Source: Cenococcum geophilum (lineage: Eukaryota). Taken from it: a DNA stretch of 64,000 nt. The notes under the pieces were generated by a model. That model had not been told where the DNA came from, did no database searches, and was given only the letters and a program-made list of their open reading frames with translations. Shown here one piece after another: positions 63,211 through 64,000 of this stretch. The translations under genes were made by a program, and so were the position numbers. How positions within the stretch are numbered: the stretch's first letter is position 1; every line of letters begins with the position of its first letter. The stretch lies in contig CP158635.1 of the NCBI GenBank assembly GCA_050273025.1, positions 4,402,001 through 4,466,000 of the forward strand, given 5' to 3'.

Positions 63211-64000
63211 ACGTACCTAGGTAAGCAGTCAGCGAGCTTATAGAGTTGTGGCAATCAGCTATAAGACTGCAGCTAACTAACAGCACGCTGCCTTAGTGGT
63301 AAGATTTAGTAATAAGCTAAAACTTTTGGTAGAAGTTAAGAAACCTATAGGAATCTCTTACTTAGCTACGATAAATAAAACATTCTCTCCAATATCTCTA
63401 TTATGCACCGTAAACCCATTCTCCTATACTAAAATTTACCATTTTATTACCTATATAAAATGCAACATATATTATATTTTACGCATTAGCTAGGTAGTAG
63501 AGCTTCTTCCTCTACTTCTTTCCTATTAGATTTATAATCTAACACTTACTAAGATTACTTTTAATATATTCTCTATACCGGCGATAAGCTCTATATATAA
63601 ATAAGACTTAGTTAAGTTAAAAAGATTATTACCGATAAGCGTTATAGACTATTAGCTAATATAATTAAAGCAGATTAGTATTAGAGGTAGTAGTTAATTA
63701 AAGGCCATTTATTAAGTAGTTTAATTAACTATATTAACTTTAATAGAGCTTTAACTATACATTAGTTAACGAACTTAAATCTTAATTTTGTTAGCTATAA
63801 GCTAACTAGAAAAGTAGAAAAGCTGGCTTAGTAAGGTATATTTAATAGAGCTTTATATTTTAATTAAATCTAATATAGAAATAGAGCCTCTAGAGCCCTT
63901 ATTACTAACTATTCTACCTACCTTTTTAAGTCTCTACGGGTACATAGGACGAATTTAACTATATTTAAATACTATATTAGATAAATTAGGGCTAATTTTT
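63211..64000. mobile_element. Start of a second RIP-degraded repeat block, family unassigned
   Basis: Abrupt TpA-rich composition. The junction reads TA|ACGT like a Fot1/pogo TIR, but no partner end or transposase motif is visible. Confidence 0.6.

Noticed and set aside
63480..64000. Possible Starship captain (DUF3435) or Fot1 transposase relic
   Set aside because: Too degraded and truncated by the window; I could not read a convincing motif.

Overview
Filamentous ascomycete (probably Dothideomycete-like) genomic DNA with a sharp two-compartment layout. About 1-30.37 kb is an AT-rich block of nested transposons heavily mutated by RIP (repeat-induced point mutation). It holds two chromodomain-type Gypsy copies (one complete, with a 5-bp TSD), a full-length and a truncated Tad1-like LINE, a Copia fragment and a hAT-type non-autonomous element. 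Much of this sits inside a large Academ-like DNA transposon relic with a transposase, a probable RecQ-type helicase and a duplicated Zn-cluster gene. About 30.4-42 kb is an accessory-looking four-gene group: a divergent APC permease, an 86-aa microprotein, a CorA-like two-TM protein and a non-RD kinase. It is interrupted by a TIR element and lies between two copies of an ~80-bp inverted repeat. About 42.6-62.6 kb holds core genes: gem1, creC, a CreD-like arrestin, a GH18-UBA protein, cdc2, an AlkB homolog, an Slm1-like PH protein, tRNA-Asp and a hydroxyacid-oxoacid transhydrogenase. RIP'd DNA resumes at ~63.2 kb. The most striking observation is a tRNA-Asp(GTC) gene with a normal anticodon-loop intron plus a second 51-nt insertion in the variable loop that looks like a spliceosomal intron (AG|GTAAGC...ACTAAC...AAG). 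Removing both yields a perfect 72-nt tRNA. All calls were made by eye. Exon boundaries and de-RIPped translations are manual and no database search was run.
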